Shown here: positions 37,948 to 51,070 of the stretch, piece after piece
Layout of the letters: each line of letters opens with the position of its first letter
How positions within the stretch are numbered: the stretch's first letter is position 1
Notes under the pieces: generated by a model
What the model saw: only the letters and a program-made list of their open reading frames with translations
What the model was told of the DNA's origin: nothing
Databases searched by the model: none
Translations under genes and position numbers: made by a program
Source of the DNA: Eledone cirrhosa
Lineage: Eukaryota
Direction: 5' to 3'
NCBI GenBank assembly: GCA_964016885.1
Contig: OZ024743.1
Location: 343,356,001-343,420,000, forward strand
DNA length: 64,000 nucleotides

Positions 37948-39199
37948 TATTATTATTTAGGCAGTAAATTAGCAGGGTTGTTGAAATGTTGAATAGAATG
38001 TTTTGAAGTATTCACTCCAGTTCTCTGTACTCTCAGTTCAAGTCCCACCAAGGTCAACTTTGCTTTTCAATCTTTTGAAGGTCAATAAAAAAAAGTACCA
38101 GTCCAGTACTGGAGTTGATTCATTTTCTATATCTCTTTTCCACTTTCTCTCTATAAGTATCTCTCATTGGAGAGACATGGAGATAGGATGGTTGTGCCAT
38201 ATTTGAGATGCTGTATGTTACTATGGCGCTCCTACAACCCCATCAGAAGTTACAGATTCATACATACTTATTTACTAATTTCTAGAATAGTATCATTATG
38301 TATATTTTCTTTTTCCTTCCTCCCTTTTCAGTTTCCTTTGTCTTAAATCAAGTCACTTGCCAAACAAGTACAACTCTAAAATAAACCATATCAATCTCAC
38401 CATTCACAAAAGGCCTGCAAATGTCTTAACCACAACCCATTCAATAATACTGATGATTTACACAATAAACACACTCGGTACATTTTGCAGAGTGGTTGGC
38501 AATAGGAAAGGTGTCTAGCCATAGAAAACTTGCCAAACATAGGGTCCGGACAACTCTTCAGCTGTGTTAAAGATATGAAAACCTCCTCAGAGGTGTCACA
38601 AAAAAATGTACTTAGTAGAGAATAAGATTGTATGTAAGCAAGTTGCAGGCCACTGGCCCAACTGAATACACTGTAGAGTATGAAAACGAGATACAGGCCA
38701 CCAGGCTATCCAAGGAGTCAGTAGCTCCACTTGAGTATTGACTCGGTTTATTGATAACCCGTCCAACCTTTGCTAGCAGGGAAAGCAGATGTTCAACAAT
38801 GATGATGATCCCCTCTGACAAGCTTACAAAAAAAAAAGAAATCAGTAGCAGCTGAAAAAAAGAAAATGTTGAATATTTTAGCCACTAAATGTCCTAGTCA
38901 TGAGTTGGGATGGCACGAAACCAGCAGGCTCTAAGGAGCATAGGCCATAATAGTGACAGTAACAAATGTAGAGAAGATAGCATGTTTATGGTGAGAGGTT
39001 AGAGTGTGTAGTCAAGTAACCTCATGCCAATCAGAGGGGTAGAACAGTCTTTGATATTTGTATTTATAGTAACAGTACCATACTAGACATAGGAGAAATA
39101 TTTCATTGTAGCTCCCACTTAAATTTCATGAAGTGTTAGTAGTTGTTGGGAGCAAAAGTATTTTCTGGCTCTAAGGAGGAAGGCAAGTCTTTGCTTCAC

Positions 39200-39752
39200 T
39201 AGTACTTATTTTATCAACCCTGGAAGGATGAAAAGCAAAATCTACTCCAGCACGATTCAATTGAGGGCAGAATGAGAGATGGCTAAACACCATATGGTAT
39301 TTTGTTTAACTCTCTACCAATTCTACCAACTGCCCTCCAATTAATAATAATTCTTTCAAACATTGGCACAAAGCAGGTAATGTGGGGGAAGGTAAAATTC
39401 AACTACATTGACCCCAGTTCTTAAATGGTACTTTGTTTTATCGACCCTTGAAAGATGAAAGGAAAAGTTGACCATGGCAAGATTTGAACTCAAAATGTAA
39501 AGGGAAGGAGCAAACACTGCTGCATTTGTCTGACTCAACCAATCTACCACCCTATGACTACAAATAATTGTTTCTACTTTTGGCACAAGGCCATCAATTA
39601 CACAGTACATTACTGGTATTTTATTATCGACCCTGTAAGGATGAAAGGCAAAGTTAACCTTGACGGGATTTGAACTCAGACCGTAAAGGAACGTAACTAT
39701 GCTGGAAAACATGGCGTCCGACTCTCTACCAATACTGCCAATCCACCGCCCT
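39200..39752 (-). mobile_element. Cluster of three OK-like SINEs (best-preserved copy 39566-39752)
   Basis: Repeated reverse-complement core GTAC...TTTATCGACCC...GATGAAAGGCAAAGT. Confidence 0.75.
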
Positions 39753-40053
39753 AATGATAGATTATGACTACAAATAATAATAATCTATCATTATACTAAA
39801 TTTCCTTGAGATATTGTGGCAAAGACTGGGGACTTTTTTGGCCAGAATATTCCTTCCACCAAATATTTCTTATAAATTAGAAGATGGTAACAAATTTGTA
39901 AGAGATATAGTGAATTGAACTGAACTGAACCGACTATATGACTAGTACATATTTTACTGACACCCTTCCATCCAGTGTGGTGAAATGCATTCTCAACCGC
40001 AACAGAAATGTCAACTCAGAATATATGAAAAATGCTCCACCATTTCCCTCATC

Positions 40054-40599
40054 TTAACACTTTCATCATCGTCATTTTACGTCCGCTTTTCCGTTTGCAA
40101 GGGTGGGACGGGAACTGACTCTGGCTTGATTTCTACAGCTGGATGCCCTTCCTAACACCAACCTCATTTACAGTGAATGCTGGGTGCTTTTTTTGCCATG
40201 GCACCTCCACGACCATTTTGCAGTGGAATGATAGGGAACCCAGTCCCTATCATCTCATTTCTACAGCTGAGTAAACTGGAGCAATGTGAAATAAAGTGTC
40301 TTGCTCAAGGAAACAACACATCACCCGGTCTGAGAATTGAACTCACAACCTTTTGATTGCAAGGCCAATGCTCTAACAACTAAGCCATGTGCCTCCATAG
40401 CATTTACATTATATTTACTATTATATTTTCATGGTAAATGATTTATCTCACGTAATATCAAATCTATGAGATTTTGATATTACTAATTGTGTGAACAATA
40501 CCATAACATCAGTATAAGCAGATGGTTACATCTGATTTGAACAGAAAGAGGTGAGAGAATTCTGGCCGGATATGGCTGGCTTAAATGCTAAAGGGTTAA
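40054..40599 (-). mobile_element. piggyBac-type MITE split within one TIR by a SINE
   Basis: TTAACACTTT (40054-40063), then the SINE, then TAGCATTTACATT (from 40398) ... AAATGCTAAAGGGTTAA. Confidence 0.7.
40064..40396 (-). mobile_element. Full-length tRNA/CORE-like SINE with an RTE-type tail
   Basis: Reverse complement of 21819-22152. Confidence 0.88.
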
Positions 40600-40647
40600 G
40601 CTACTCTAAATACAATGGGAGAAAAGAGAAAATCTATGTTAACTTAC

Positions 40648-41006
40648 TGATAATTTCGGTCGTCTGGTAGATCCCTCGTCATCTTGACACTATCACTTGC
40701 AGCTTGGTTAAATTTGTTCCTGGCATAGCTATCCTCTCCTTGTTTCAGTGCCTTTTTGGCAATGTATTTATCAGCATCAAACTGACTCCAGTGTAATTTA
40801 CCTGAACTGTCTATTTGCTGTAAGTTTACAATACTGCTTGTAGCGTCCACTGCCACAAGTTGTGGTTCGATAATAATGTTCCCTTCAATCGGTAGCCTTT
40901 CTCTATGGGGAAAGTCATTGATGTGATTAATGTTTTTGTTTGGCAATGCATCTTGTCTGTCCCCTGGTAATCCATGGTCTCGGTGCCACTCCACTGCTCC
41001 GACTGC
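40648..41006 (-). CDS. GALNT2: Internal exon of polypeptide N-acetylgalactosaminyltransferase 2-like (stem region and start of the catalytic domain)
   Basis: Acceptor TTAATTTCAG|GCA and donor TATCA|GTAAGT enclose 359 bp, open in phase 0 to phase 2. The peptide GKLHWSQFDADKYI...GEDSYARNKFNQAASD...RDLPDDRNYQ aligns by eye to GALNT2 GKVRWPDFNQEAYV...GQDPYARNKFNQVESD...RAIPDTRHDQ. Confidence 0.88.
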
Positions 41007-42351
41007 CTGAAATTAATAGTAATGACAATAATCATTAACTCTTTCATAACTGTATTTCTAAAGACATACACAGTATTTTAATTAATTAAGAAAAAATTTT
41101 GGGAGATTTACTAAAAATATTAATTATTTCATTATCAAGTACTGGGGTAGATATAATCAAATTTCTCCTCCCCACAAATTGCCGGCTTTGTGTTTAAGTT
41201 ATAAATCATTTGTTAGATGGTATATCTAATAAAACTTCAGGTTTTAATTTAAATAGGAATCTTAAAATGGGTGTTTTTGTTTCGTAGAACCAGAAGCAAT
41301 TTTGGGAGGATTGGTATTAAAAGTATTAATGATTTCTCATGTTGGAATGAGACCAGAAAATGCAGAGTAAGGGAGACATGTTGTCAATTGTACGTCAGTC
41401 TATAACTAGGAAGCATAAAGCAGTGTTTCCCAAAGTAGGTTCCAATTAACACTAACCTTCCTTGAAAAAAATTCTGGGGTTTAATTAGTGAGATAAGATG
41501 TTTTTTAATAATCTACAATAAAAATTTGTTTTATCCCTTCTTCTAAGTCCCCCTTCCACTCACACTCTTTACCCCTATGGAAAGGAGAAAGTTTCCCCTC
41601 CCCCTTACTGTGCTTCTCTCATCCTCCCTCTTACATCTTCAATTCACTTTCCTTGCCCAACTCATTCCAGCATGGAAGAAAGAAAAATGTGCCCCCTACT
41701 CCCATCTACATCTCTAATTCACCTCAATTAAGAAAGCCATGCCTCATAATATGCCACTTGACAAGAAAGAAGTGTTCCTCATCCCATATTGTCCTTCCTC
41801 CCTTCACATCCCCAATCTACCTTCTATGCCCAACCAGCATAGAAGGAAAATGTACTCTCTACTCCCATCCATATCCCTGATTCACTACCTTTTCCAACCC
41901 ACGACAGCATAGAAAGCCAGGTACACCTCACAATATACTGCTAGACATAAGTCATTCCCTTCAAAGCCTCCTCCTATGACCCAACCCTTCCACGATGATA
42001 TGCTACATGCTGGTGCCACAATAAAAATGCATGCAGCTCACTTTGTAAAGTAGTATTGCTGATGCCATGATGAAAAGCACCCAGTCTGTATTATAAGGTG
42101 GTAGTGTTAGTACCATGACAAAATGTTCCCAGTACATGCTGTAAAGTAGTTGACATTAGGAAGGGCAACCAGCCAAAGAAACTAAGCCAAAAATGGAGTG
42201 TACAAGCAAGACATGGTCACCTGACTAGTCTAGGCTCAGTATATGACAGCTTAACCGATGCAAGCTTAGAAAATAGATGTTAAATGGTGATGCACTGGGG
42301 TAATTGCTGGCTTTGTGCCAAAAAATAGAAACACTTATTATTATCATCATC

Positions 42352-42614
42352 TTCTTCATCATCATCATCACCGTTTTACGTCCGTTCTTCCACGCTAGCA
42401 TGGGTTAGACGGGTTGTCCTGTTGTGGGCAGTGTCCGGTCAGCTGACCTTGTCTTGTTCATACGGGAACCGATTCTGGCTTGATTTCTACAGCTGGATGC
42501 CCTTCCTAACACCAACCTCATTTACAGTGGGTGCTGTGTGCTTTTTTTTTCTGTGGCACCTACACTAAACCATGCGCCTACACTAAACCATGCACCTACA
42601 CTAAACCATGCGCC
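42352..42614 (-). mobile_element. SINE/RTE tail preceded by three tandem 18-bp copies of the SINE 5' start
   Basis: CCTACACTAAACCATGCG x3 at 42559-42614, joined to the tail motif GCTGGATGCCCTTCCTAACACC. Confidence 0.75.
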
Positions 42615-42982
42615 CTCACTTGATAATATTAGTTATTATTTTAATAATATTATTATTATTGCCATAATAATATTAATTATTTTTCTTTGAGGGATCTGTG
42701 GAATTTCATGTTATATAAATGTTCTTTTTTTCTATTTTGAAGCATAAATTTACAAATCTATATAATATTGTTTCATTATGTTCAATATTTCAGTTATCTT
42801 TGATTATGTCCCATAGTTAAGATTGTTGAAAGCATAACACTCAAACACACATTGTGACAAGCAGATTAATATTATAGATAATTATTTTTGACACGAATTT
42901 TACCCAGTTTATAAAATATCAGTCAAGTACTGAGGTAATCACATGTTCCCTCTTCCACTAAATTGCTGACCTTCTGCATAAA

Positions 42983-43165
42983 TTGTTTCTACTTTTGGCA
43001 CAAGGCCAGCAATTACTCCAGTGTGTTACTGGTACTTTATTTTATCAACCCTGTAAGGATGAAAGGCAAAATTAACCTCGGCGCGGGATTTGAACTCAGA
43101 ACATAAAGGGCCATAACTATGCTGCAAAGCATGGTGTCTGACGCTCTACTGATACTGCCAATCCA
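42983..43165 (-). mobile_element. OK-like SINE
   Basis: Reverse complement of 16587-16779. Confidence 0.8.
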
Positions 43166-43169
43166 CAAA

Positions 43170-43680
43170 CATCATCATCATCCTTTTATGTCTATTTTTC
43201 CATGCTTGCATGTGTTGCATGAGTCTTTTCCAGCACAACCTCCCATCACTTGTAGCATTCCTTCATCATCTAATTGGTAAGGGTCTGCGTTTTGAGATCT
43301 ATTTTCACCAATTCTGTCTAGGTGTTCCTCTACTACAGCTTCCTTCCACTAGGAATGCCTGGCACTGCTATGCCTAGCAACCATCATCCATGTCCATCTC
43401 ATTCCTCTTAATACCAAGTTTTTCTCTCAGTTCAACCATATTTCACTGTTCATGAACATTAACATCACACATCCACCGAAGCATGTTCACTTCATTTCTC
43501 TCCAGTTTTTACATATCCTCTGCATTTACTGCCCCAGTCTCATTTCCATGCAACATCATACATCACATACAGCTGGCCATTTGATCATAGAGAAATTTTT
43601 AGTTGTCAACTACAGTAGGAACTCTCCAAACTTTTTCCAGTCTAATTAACTACTTCTATGGAGTTTTCCGGATTTGGAAA
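43170..43680 (-). mobile_element. Highly degraded RTE 3' fragment
   Basis: (CAT)n tail; similarity by eye to 25618-26100 (TGGAAAAAGTTTGGAGAG, WKKFGE, on the minus strand). Confidence 0.6.
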
Positions 43681-43802
43681 AAGTTTATTTTACTGGGGCT
43701 TTTACTATTATCTACCTTATAGCATCCCCCACATATAAAACTTACCTTTTCTGTTAGTCAGACAATAACTCCACTACACTTATCTACCCATGTTTTAAAC
43801 CA

Positions 43803-44100
43803 TTGGTAGAGCATCAGACACCATGCTTTGCAGCATAGAGTCATGGCCCTGTACGTTCAAATCCCGTCGAAGTTAGCTTTGCTTTTCATCCTTACAGGGG
43901 TCAATAAAATAAAGCACCAGTAACGCACTGGGGTTGATTTAATCAACTTTACCCTCCTCCAAAATTGCTGGCTTTGTGCCTAAATCAGAAACCATTATTA
44001 TTGCAACTTTGCCTTTCATCCTTACGGGGTCGATAAAATAAAGTACCAGTAATGTACTGGGTAATTGCTGGCCTTGTGCCAAAAGCAGAAACAATTATTA
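43803..44100 (+). mobile_element. Tandem OK-like SINE pieces
   Basis: Core motif present twice (~43875 and ~44007). Confidence 0.75.
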
Positions 44101-46610
44101 TTGCTATTATTATCCACATTTCCACACAACAGTTCTGCAAACACAAATATCTTACACTGTTATATTTCTCACACAACAAAACCTTATAAGTGTCATTGCT
44201 CCATTTCTTCTACCACCTCCCTAGTCCTTTAACTAAAGTGGGAGCTTCTGTATGGTTGTTCAACCTACTAGAAATAGCAGCAAAATTCACTTTATATCTC
44301 AATCAACCACCTTAAAAAAAGAAGAGTACATTTACTAATGTAGTCCGAGATAACTCTAAAAATGCTGGATGGAATGATCATGGTCATTGCTGGAATGTTT
44401 TGATCAAAGGTTTGCTGGATCATAATTGACCTATGGGATAGAGGGAGCCTATAAAAAAATAACTACAACATAAGAAATATTTGTAAATGTGTAATTGGAA
44501 GCACATGTTGGGAAAATATTGTTATTATTAGCTAACAATAGGTTTTTCACTGCTGTAACAGATGGTCCTCCTTGAAGTTATCAAAACAGATTAGACCAAA
44601 GACAAACAGAGTGAATACAGAAGACTGAATGGGGTTAGGAGTGGCAGATAAACCAATGATACCCTATAAAAGTAGAGAGTTGGGAGTAGAAGTGGCAGAT
44701 GAACCTATAATATTTTATAAAGTATGACGGAAATTGGAGGGCTGGGGGGTTGAAGCAGTAGATCAGTGGCTCTCAACCTTTTTTTCCCATGGACCACTTT
44801 TACTCTTAATTTTTTTGGTGCACCCCCATAAACATTCGATGAAAAAAAAAAAAACATTTTATTTTTTATTTTATGTATGTAGGTTTGGGAATTGTATTAT
44901 AGAATTAGTAAATGTATATGCTTTATTTTAAAGTAAAACTAATTTAATTATTAGGTGTCACGACAAAAAAAACACACATTCTTAAGGATTTTCAAAATGA
45001 TTTTAAAATCATAGGCAGTGTTTTTCATTTGAAATGTTGTAATGAAAAAGATAAAGGAATTAAAATTTTAACATGTTGGGCTAAAAAGACCCCCCCCCCC
45101 TCTCTCCTCCTCACTTGTATGGTGTATCATATAAGCCAGGGGTTGGCAACATGTGAGTCATTGAGGTGTTCTCTGTGGGCCATTGAGGTGCTTTCTTTAG
45201 GCATCAGCAATTTCATATTGTCATACATTAGATATAGTCTAATGATATACATGTGGACCATATGCAAAATGTTAAAGAAAATTACAGAAAGAAGTTGTTG
45301 ATTGCTTATCTAAGCCAATGGTGTATATTGACAAATATATACTAAACTTCTATGTGAAAATTACCTGTGAGAGACTATTAACCTGTCTAAGAAAAGATTA
45401 GTTTTTTTATCTAAATGATACAGAAATGGGAGTTGAATTGTCAGCTCTAAGAATGAATAATTGTGAATATTATATAAATCTTGAAACAATATGAGCTCAG
45501 ACAATTAAATATTTGGCTGTCTTCCAAAATAAGACATGAATGATTCAATCAAAATTCTTTAAATCTTGGTCTGATTCATAACTAACATACCTTCCCCATA
45601 TCTGGCCCTTTTAGTTCAACTTTCTTCCACCACACCCTATCTGTGATTAAATAAAAATTCTCCTTTAAAAAAATTAAAAAAATCCTACATATTACATATG
45701 GAAATGTTTAAAGCCATAGGAAGAATATTCTGATATTTCCAGACTGTTAACTTCATCTACAGGATTGTGGTGAGTTGGGTATAGGCATGGCTGTGTCATT
45801 AAGAAGTCCACATCAGAACTATGTGATTTGGGGTTCAATATCAAATCATACTATTGGTAGACTGAAACTGTAAAGAAGCACATTGTGAATGTGCGTGTGT
45901 GAGTCACTGTATGTCTCCAGACCAACAGTTTAAAAAAAAAAAAAGAATTAAGGATGATGTTTGTTTATGTCCCTTATAAACAATACATCCCACAGTTTAG
46001 GAGTTTGACAAATATATACTGTACTTAAAATAAAAAAAAGTATGGGTTGGCATCCAGAAGACAATCCAATTATAGAAAAACGGACTAAAAAAGGTCTTGT
46101 CAAACCCATGCCAGCATGAAAAAGTTTAACACCACCACTTGTCTTTTGAGCCCCTTTAGTAGAGTTCCTTTTGTTGCACTCTCCAATCAGTATCAGGTCC
46201 TGAAAATAGAACCTTCCCTCCCTGACTAAACAATAATAACAAATAAAAAAGATAGTCCATTGCTATCATTTATTATCTGACTCAATTTTACTCCAGCTAT
46301 CTTTTGCCCCGATAACATTTCATTCCTACAACTTATGAGAACAATGTGTTAAATGCCTTATGTTACGATAGATATCATTACAGCACAGTTTTAGGTCAGC
46401 AAGCATTCATTGCTAAAACAAACAGCAAATGGATCTCTGTCTATTTCCTCGATGAGTATTCTACTTGCTCAATCAATTGAAATACCTACTTATTATATTA
46501 TAGTGTAAGTGACTGAGTATACCACAGACCCTTGCACCCATAATGTAATCCTCAAACAGAAGCAATATGACAGTGTGTGACAAAACTATGCAAAATGTAA
46601 AGGGATAAAG

Positions 46611-46825
46611 GATCGATCGACTTTCATCAAATCGGACCGAGGAAACAATGTTTTCATCGGTCTTTCCAGTTGCTAGTACTATCTATCGGTCGCAACTCCA
46701 GGTAGAAGGAGCAACATGAAATAAAGTGTCTTGCTCAAGGACATAACGTATCGCCCGTTCCAGGAATCAAACTCACAACCTCAAGATTGTGAATCCAATT
46801 CTCTAACCACTCAGCCACACGCCTT
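46611..46825 (-). mobile_element. tRNA/CORE-like SINE with an alternative (non-RTE) tail
   Basis: Head AAGGCGTGTGGCTGAGTGGTTAGAG, core GTCCTTGAGCAAGACACTT, tail ...GACCGATGAAAACATTGTTTCCTCGGTC...; second copy at 57058-57275. Confidence 0.82.
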
Positions 46826-46879
46826 CACAAAGGGATTAACGCAAGGGATAAACACAGGGAAACAATACAGTACCATGAA

Positions 46880-47030
46880 TATATATATTAGTTTAACGCT
46901 TGATATTGGAGGAAAAGAGTCTTCATGTTTTGGATGTTAGTCCTTCATCAGAAAATAAAATGAGAGATAAAAGAAGAAAGATGGATGAGAAGAAGAAACA
47001 GAAAACAATTCTTTGGGAGAGAAAGAACAT
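46880..47030 (-). mobile_element. Penelope-like 3' end with a degenerate hammerhead motif (46917-46955)
   Basis: Minus strand CTGATGAA-GGA-CTAACA-TCC-AAAAC-ATG-AAGACTC...CAAGCGTTAAACTAATATAT, homologous to 22633-22710. Confidence 0.62.
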
Positions 47031-48157
47031 ATCTTTAGTCAGCCATTATCTCGTTTTTGTTGTTTTGTATATATATATATATAGGACACGTTGTTTAATG
47101 TGGTTATTCTTAAATCAAGATAATAGACTGAGATTTGAGAGAAATTTTGCTTGTTTCTAGCAGATCCAGTGGTCACACAGGTGCTTTCCTTTGTTCACTC
47201 GTAAATTCGATTAGCCCCAGATCACCAATGATTGAACAGGCCTACGATGAAAAGCATTATAGCTGTGACTAAACTGTCTTCTCTATCCAATAAATCCTTT
47301 AGGGTGGCAGGATGTGATTTGAAGAGGACTTGGCTGCTATTTCCAAATACCAAAACCTGTGTGCGCGCGCGCGTGCGTGCGTGCGTGCGTGCGTGTGTGC
47401 GCGCGCATCCGTCCGTGCTGGGCTTCTTCACAGTTTGAGACTGTAGTAAAAGATATTTTACCTTAGATGCCATGCAGTTAGATTGAAGCCAAAATGAACT
47501 TCTTAACCACATAGCCTTTCCTGTACCTATGCTAAGTATTGCAAATAAAATCATGGCACCAGAAGATGATGCTAACTGTTACACCAAGTGTAGATAAACT
47601 ACAAAAATGGATGTTAAATATCTAATATACAATCCTTACTGAGCTAAACATACAAATGTGGATGCAAGCATGGCTGAATTGTTAAGAAGTTCACTTTACA
47701 ATATTTTGGTACCGAGTTTGGTCCCACTGTGTGGCATCTTGGAGAAATGTCATATATCATAGACTCAGATCAACCCAAGTCTTGTGAGTGGAATTGGGTG
47801 GATGGAAACTGTTTGGAAGCCTATCAGATTGATTGAACCTGTAATTCAAAGGGCTAGTATTGTCACACCGTATCACACTGAATTTCACTGAGAATTATAT
47901 TAAGGAAGGGTCCATGTGTCTATTTTATTTCACACATACAGAAAACAGCTTCTTACTTCTCTAAATACCAAAACAAAAATAAACAGGAAAATTTGCTTTG
48001 CAGTATTTGGAAGTTAAATGAATAGCTGAAGTTTTATTTGTTCCACAGTAGGGGGTTTTGAAATAGCTGATGCCTACATATTTCTTACTTTAATTTATTT
48101 TATTTTATCATTCATATATACATACATACCATCACACACACACACACGCACGCGCAC

Positions 48158-48709
48158 GGTGGCTGCCAACTCGTTTTCGAGTACAGCCGCTACTTTATAT
48201 CCATGTAGGAGAACCCCCACCGATGCGCTGAACGAGTGTGACTTTTAGTCCAGCCAGCGACTTGAAAACTCTGGTACAAACACTACACTTGTGACAATTA
48301 TTGACACATAGTGCTGGGCCCATGGTACCATGTGACGACAAGTGCAGAGAGATCTCCAGATATAAAGCAATGCCTGTGCCGTGAAGCTTTTATAGTGAGC
48401 AAGGCACTGCACAAAGCCAGTCCCACTCTCTTAACCAAGATGATATTTACCAAAAAGAAGAACAAGTCAACATCATTGGATACCATCAGAGTTGCAGGTG
48501 TTATATCAGAGTTTTCCTTCTCCTAGAATTCTGCCTTGACAAAGGCGTCATCTCTCCCAGTGATTTTGGATGGCCATTGACTCTTAAGAGCTCCTTTGCC
48601 CTTTGACAGGTTTTGTTTTTAGTCCTGCAGGATGTTCAAAGTCACCCTCCTCACCAAGAAACCTTGGTGGGGTTGCCAGTTTAGTCGCCAACGACCCGAC
48701 CATGAGACA
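48158..48709 (-). mobile_element. ~590-bp microsatellite-embedded element, copy 4 (5'-truncated by ~40 nt)
   Basis: Matches copies 1-3; flanked by (CA)n/(CG)n and (TACA)n. Confidence 0.85.
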
Positions 48710-48724
48710 TACATACATACATAG

Positions 48725-48763
<39 letters not shown>

Positions 48764-49959
48764 GTTCTTGTATATTTTCAATAGTCATTGATGTGCTGCA
48801 ATCAGTAGTAAGAAAAAGAAAAAAAATGTCTAATTCCTCTCTTATTTTTTATTTATTTATAGTTTATTTTTTGTCATTCTTTACTTCATTCATCTTTATT
48901 TTTTTTGTTATTTTTTTCTCAAGACTTTTTACAATAAAAGATAGACTAAAGAAATAAATAGTAAAAGAAGTTATCCATAAATATTTCAGTTTCCAAGAGA
49001 GAGAGAGGGAAAACAAGAGATCAAATGACAATGTTTATGTGAAAATCTTGTTTAGTAAGATCTAATTCGGTTTACAGCTGAAAACCATAGGGAGCTAAAA
49101 GGTTTTTTGTTAATATTTATATGTTACTTTTTTAATACAAAAAACAAGTGAAGTAGTTATTCTGTGAAACTCAACAAGGCTCTTTTTTTAGTTATCACTT
49201 TATTTATTTTCTTTTGTCTGTTTTTTTTTTTGTTTTCCTATTATTTAGCTGGAATTAGGGTAAAGGAAGTTTAGCAAAGAGAAGAAAACTAAAATAGAAT
49301 TTTTACAGATTTTATTTTTTTAATTTTTTACAGAATCTATTCTTGAACCTCAGGCTTCCATGTTAAACTGTCTTCTGCTTGTTTGTCAGTAGATAAAAAC
49401 TGACCTAGACAGTAGTATAATAGACTTCCAGTTCCTGTCACTCTTGCAGAAATGGACCGCCATCAGTTTCCAAGATGACTATTTTAGTTGTTCAGTCAAC
49501 AGAACAACCTGCTCATGAAATTAACATGCAAGTGGTTTGACAGCTCGCAAACACATGTACCCTTAATGTAATTCCCAGAGAGATTCAGTGTGTCACAATG
49601 TATGACAAGGCTAGCCCTTTGAATTACAGACGCAGTCTGCTCAAAAGGCTTCTAAATGGTTTCTTTCTCGTCAATTTTATTTACAAGGCAATGGTAAATG
49701 ACCCGAGGCAATGGTAAATGACACTTACACAAGATACCATGTAGTAGGATCAAACTGAGCACATTGTGAAGGGAACTCCTTATCATTCAGCAAAGACCTA
49801 CAATTCTCACTAATTCAGTCTCAGTCAGCAAAATCTGAAAGTGGTTCATATAGAGCCCTAGGGGTTAACAATGGCTTAGGGGTACACAGAGGGTAAATTT
49901 ACTCATTTGCATTTATAACAGAACAAAATCACTGGATCATGTAGACTATCTGACAAATA

Positions 49960-50355
49960 TCATACAACTAGCAGAATGCTAAACATAAAAATTTCTGAAT
50001 GTATTATTATTTCTCCATTTAATATTGAAGTAAAAAGCTCAAATTTTGACACCTTTCTTAAAGAAAAATTTATTGAAATGACTTACAATCTTGAAACAAT
50101 GTCTATATTCACATTTAAAGGAATTAAGTATTACTGGATGAACAAAACAACTGTAGCAAAATATTATCCCAAGATTTGTGCAACTGTTGAGTTCATTTTA
50201 CTGGCTTTTCCAAGTTTGTATATAATGGAATTTGGGTTTATTCATGTGCATTATTTACTATTCAAGAACGCAGTGATTTGCAGCTCAAACTAACTAACTT
50301 GCAACCTAATACTTGTGATATTCTTCGTCTCCACCAAACCCATCCTTTCCATTAA
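49960..50355 (+). mobile_element. hAT (Buster/Charlie-like) transposase C-terminal remnant
   Basis: ORF 49976-50293: YW...YPKI...LLAFPSLYIMEFGF resembles the hAT dimerisation motif FPSxYxxExGFS. Confidence 0.68.
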
Positions 50356-50359
50356 CAAA

Positions 50360-50538
50360 TAATTGTTTCTACTTTAGGCACAAGGCCAGCAATTACCCAG
50401 TGCATTTATTTTATCGACCTCGTAAGGATGAACAGCAAAGTCAACCTCGGCGGGATTTGAACTCAGATTATAAAGGGACGTAACTATGCTGGAAAGCATG
50501 GCGTCCGACCCTCTACCGATACTGCCAATCCACCGCCC
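50360..50538 (-). mobile_element. OK-like SINE
   Basis: Reverse complement of the family consensus. Confidence 0.8.
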
Positions 50539-51036
50539 TCAAATAATTCAACCATTAAAGATGTGTTTGTATTTATAGTTTACTGATTTTTTTTCTTGCT
50601 TAAGTTATATTAAACACTGGTGAATTAGCTATGTTTTGTAATTATATATTTGATAAATTTGTTTTGGAGTGAACCATTATCATCAAAGTCTGAGAAGATG
50701 CTTAACAGCATCAGATGAAATACCCTGTAGTATTTATTCACAGAGACAGGGCTTACCTTCTGAGTTCAACCCTGAAAGAATAAAAGGCAAAGCTGACCTT
50801 AGAGGAATTCAATAAAATAAAGTACCAATCTAGGGCAAATGCTGGTTACCCTTATTAACACTAACCACTTTACAACATGAACTCAGTGCATTATTTGTAC
50901 CACCATCGTACCAGTAATGCACTGGCCTTGTGCCTAACGTAGAAACAATTATTTGCACCACCATCACTAGAGAGGTTGTCTGACCAGACTTAAGAATCCT
51001 CTCTGCCCTGTTACTGTTTTTATTCAGAATAACTGC

Positions 51037-51070
<34 letters not shown>

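Noticed and set aside
44763-45200. hAT-type termini (CAGTGGCTCTCAACC at ~44763, CAGGGGTTGGCAAC at ~45136; also ~41421)
   Set aside because: Only single ends are recognisable; matching TIRs and 8-bp TSDs could not be located, so no element boundaries are reported.
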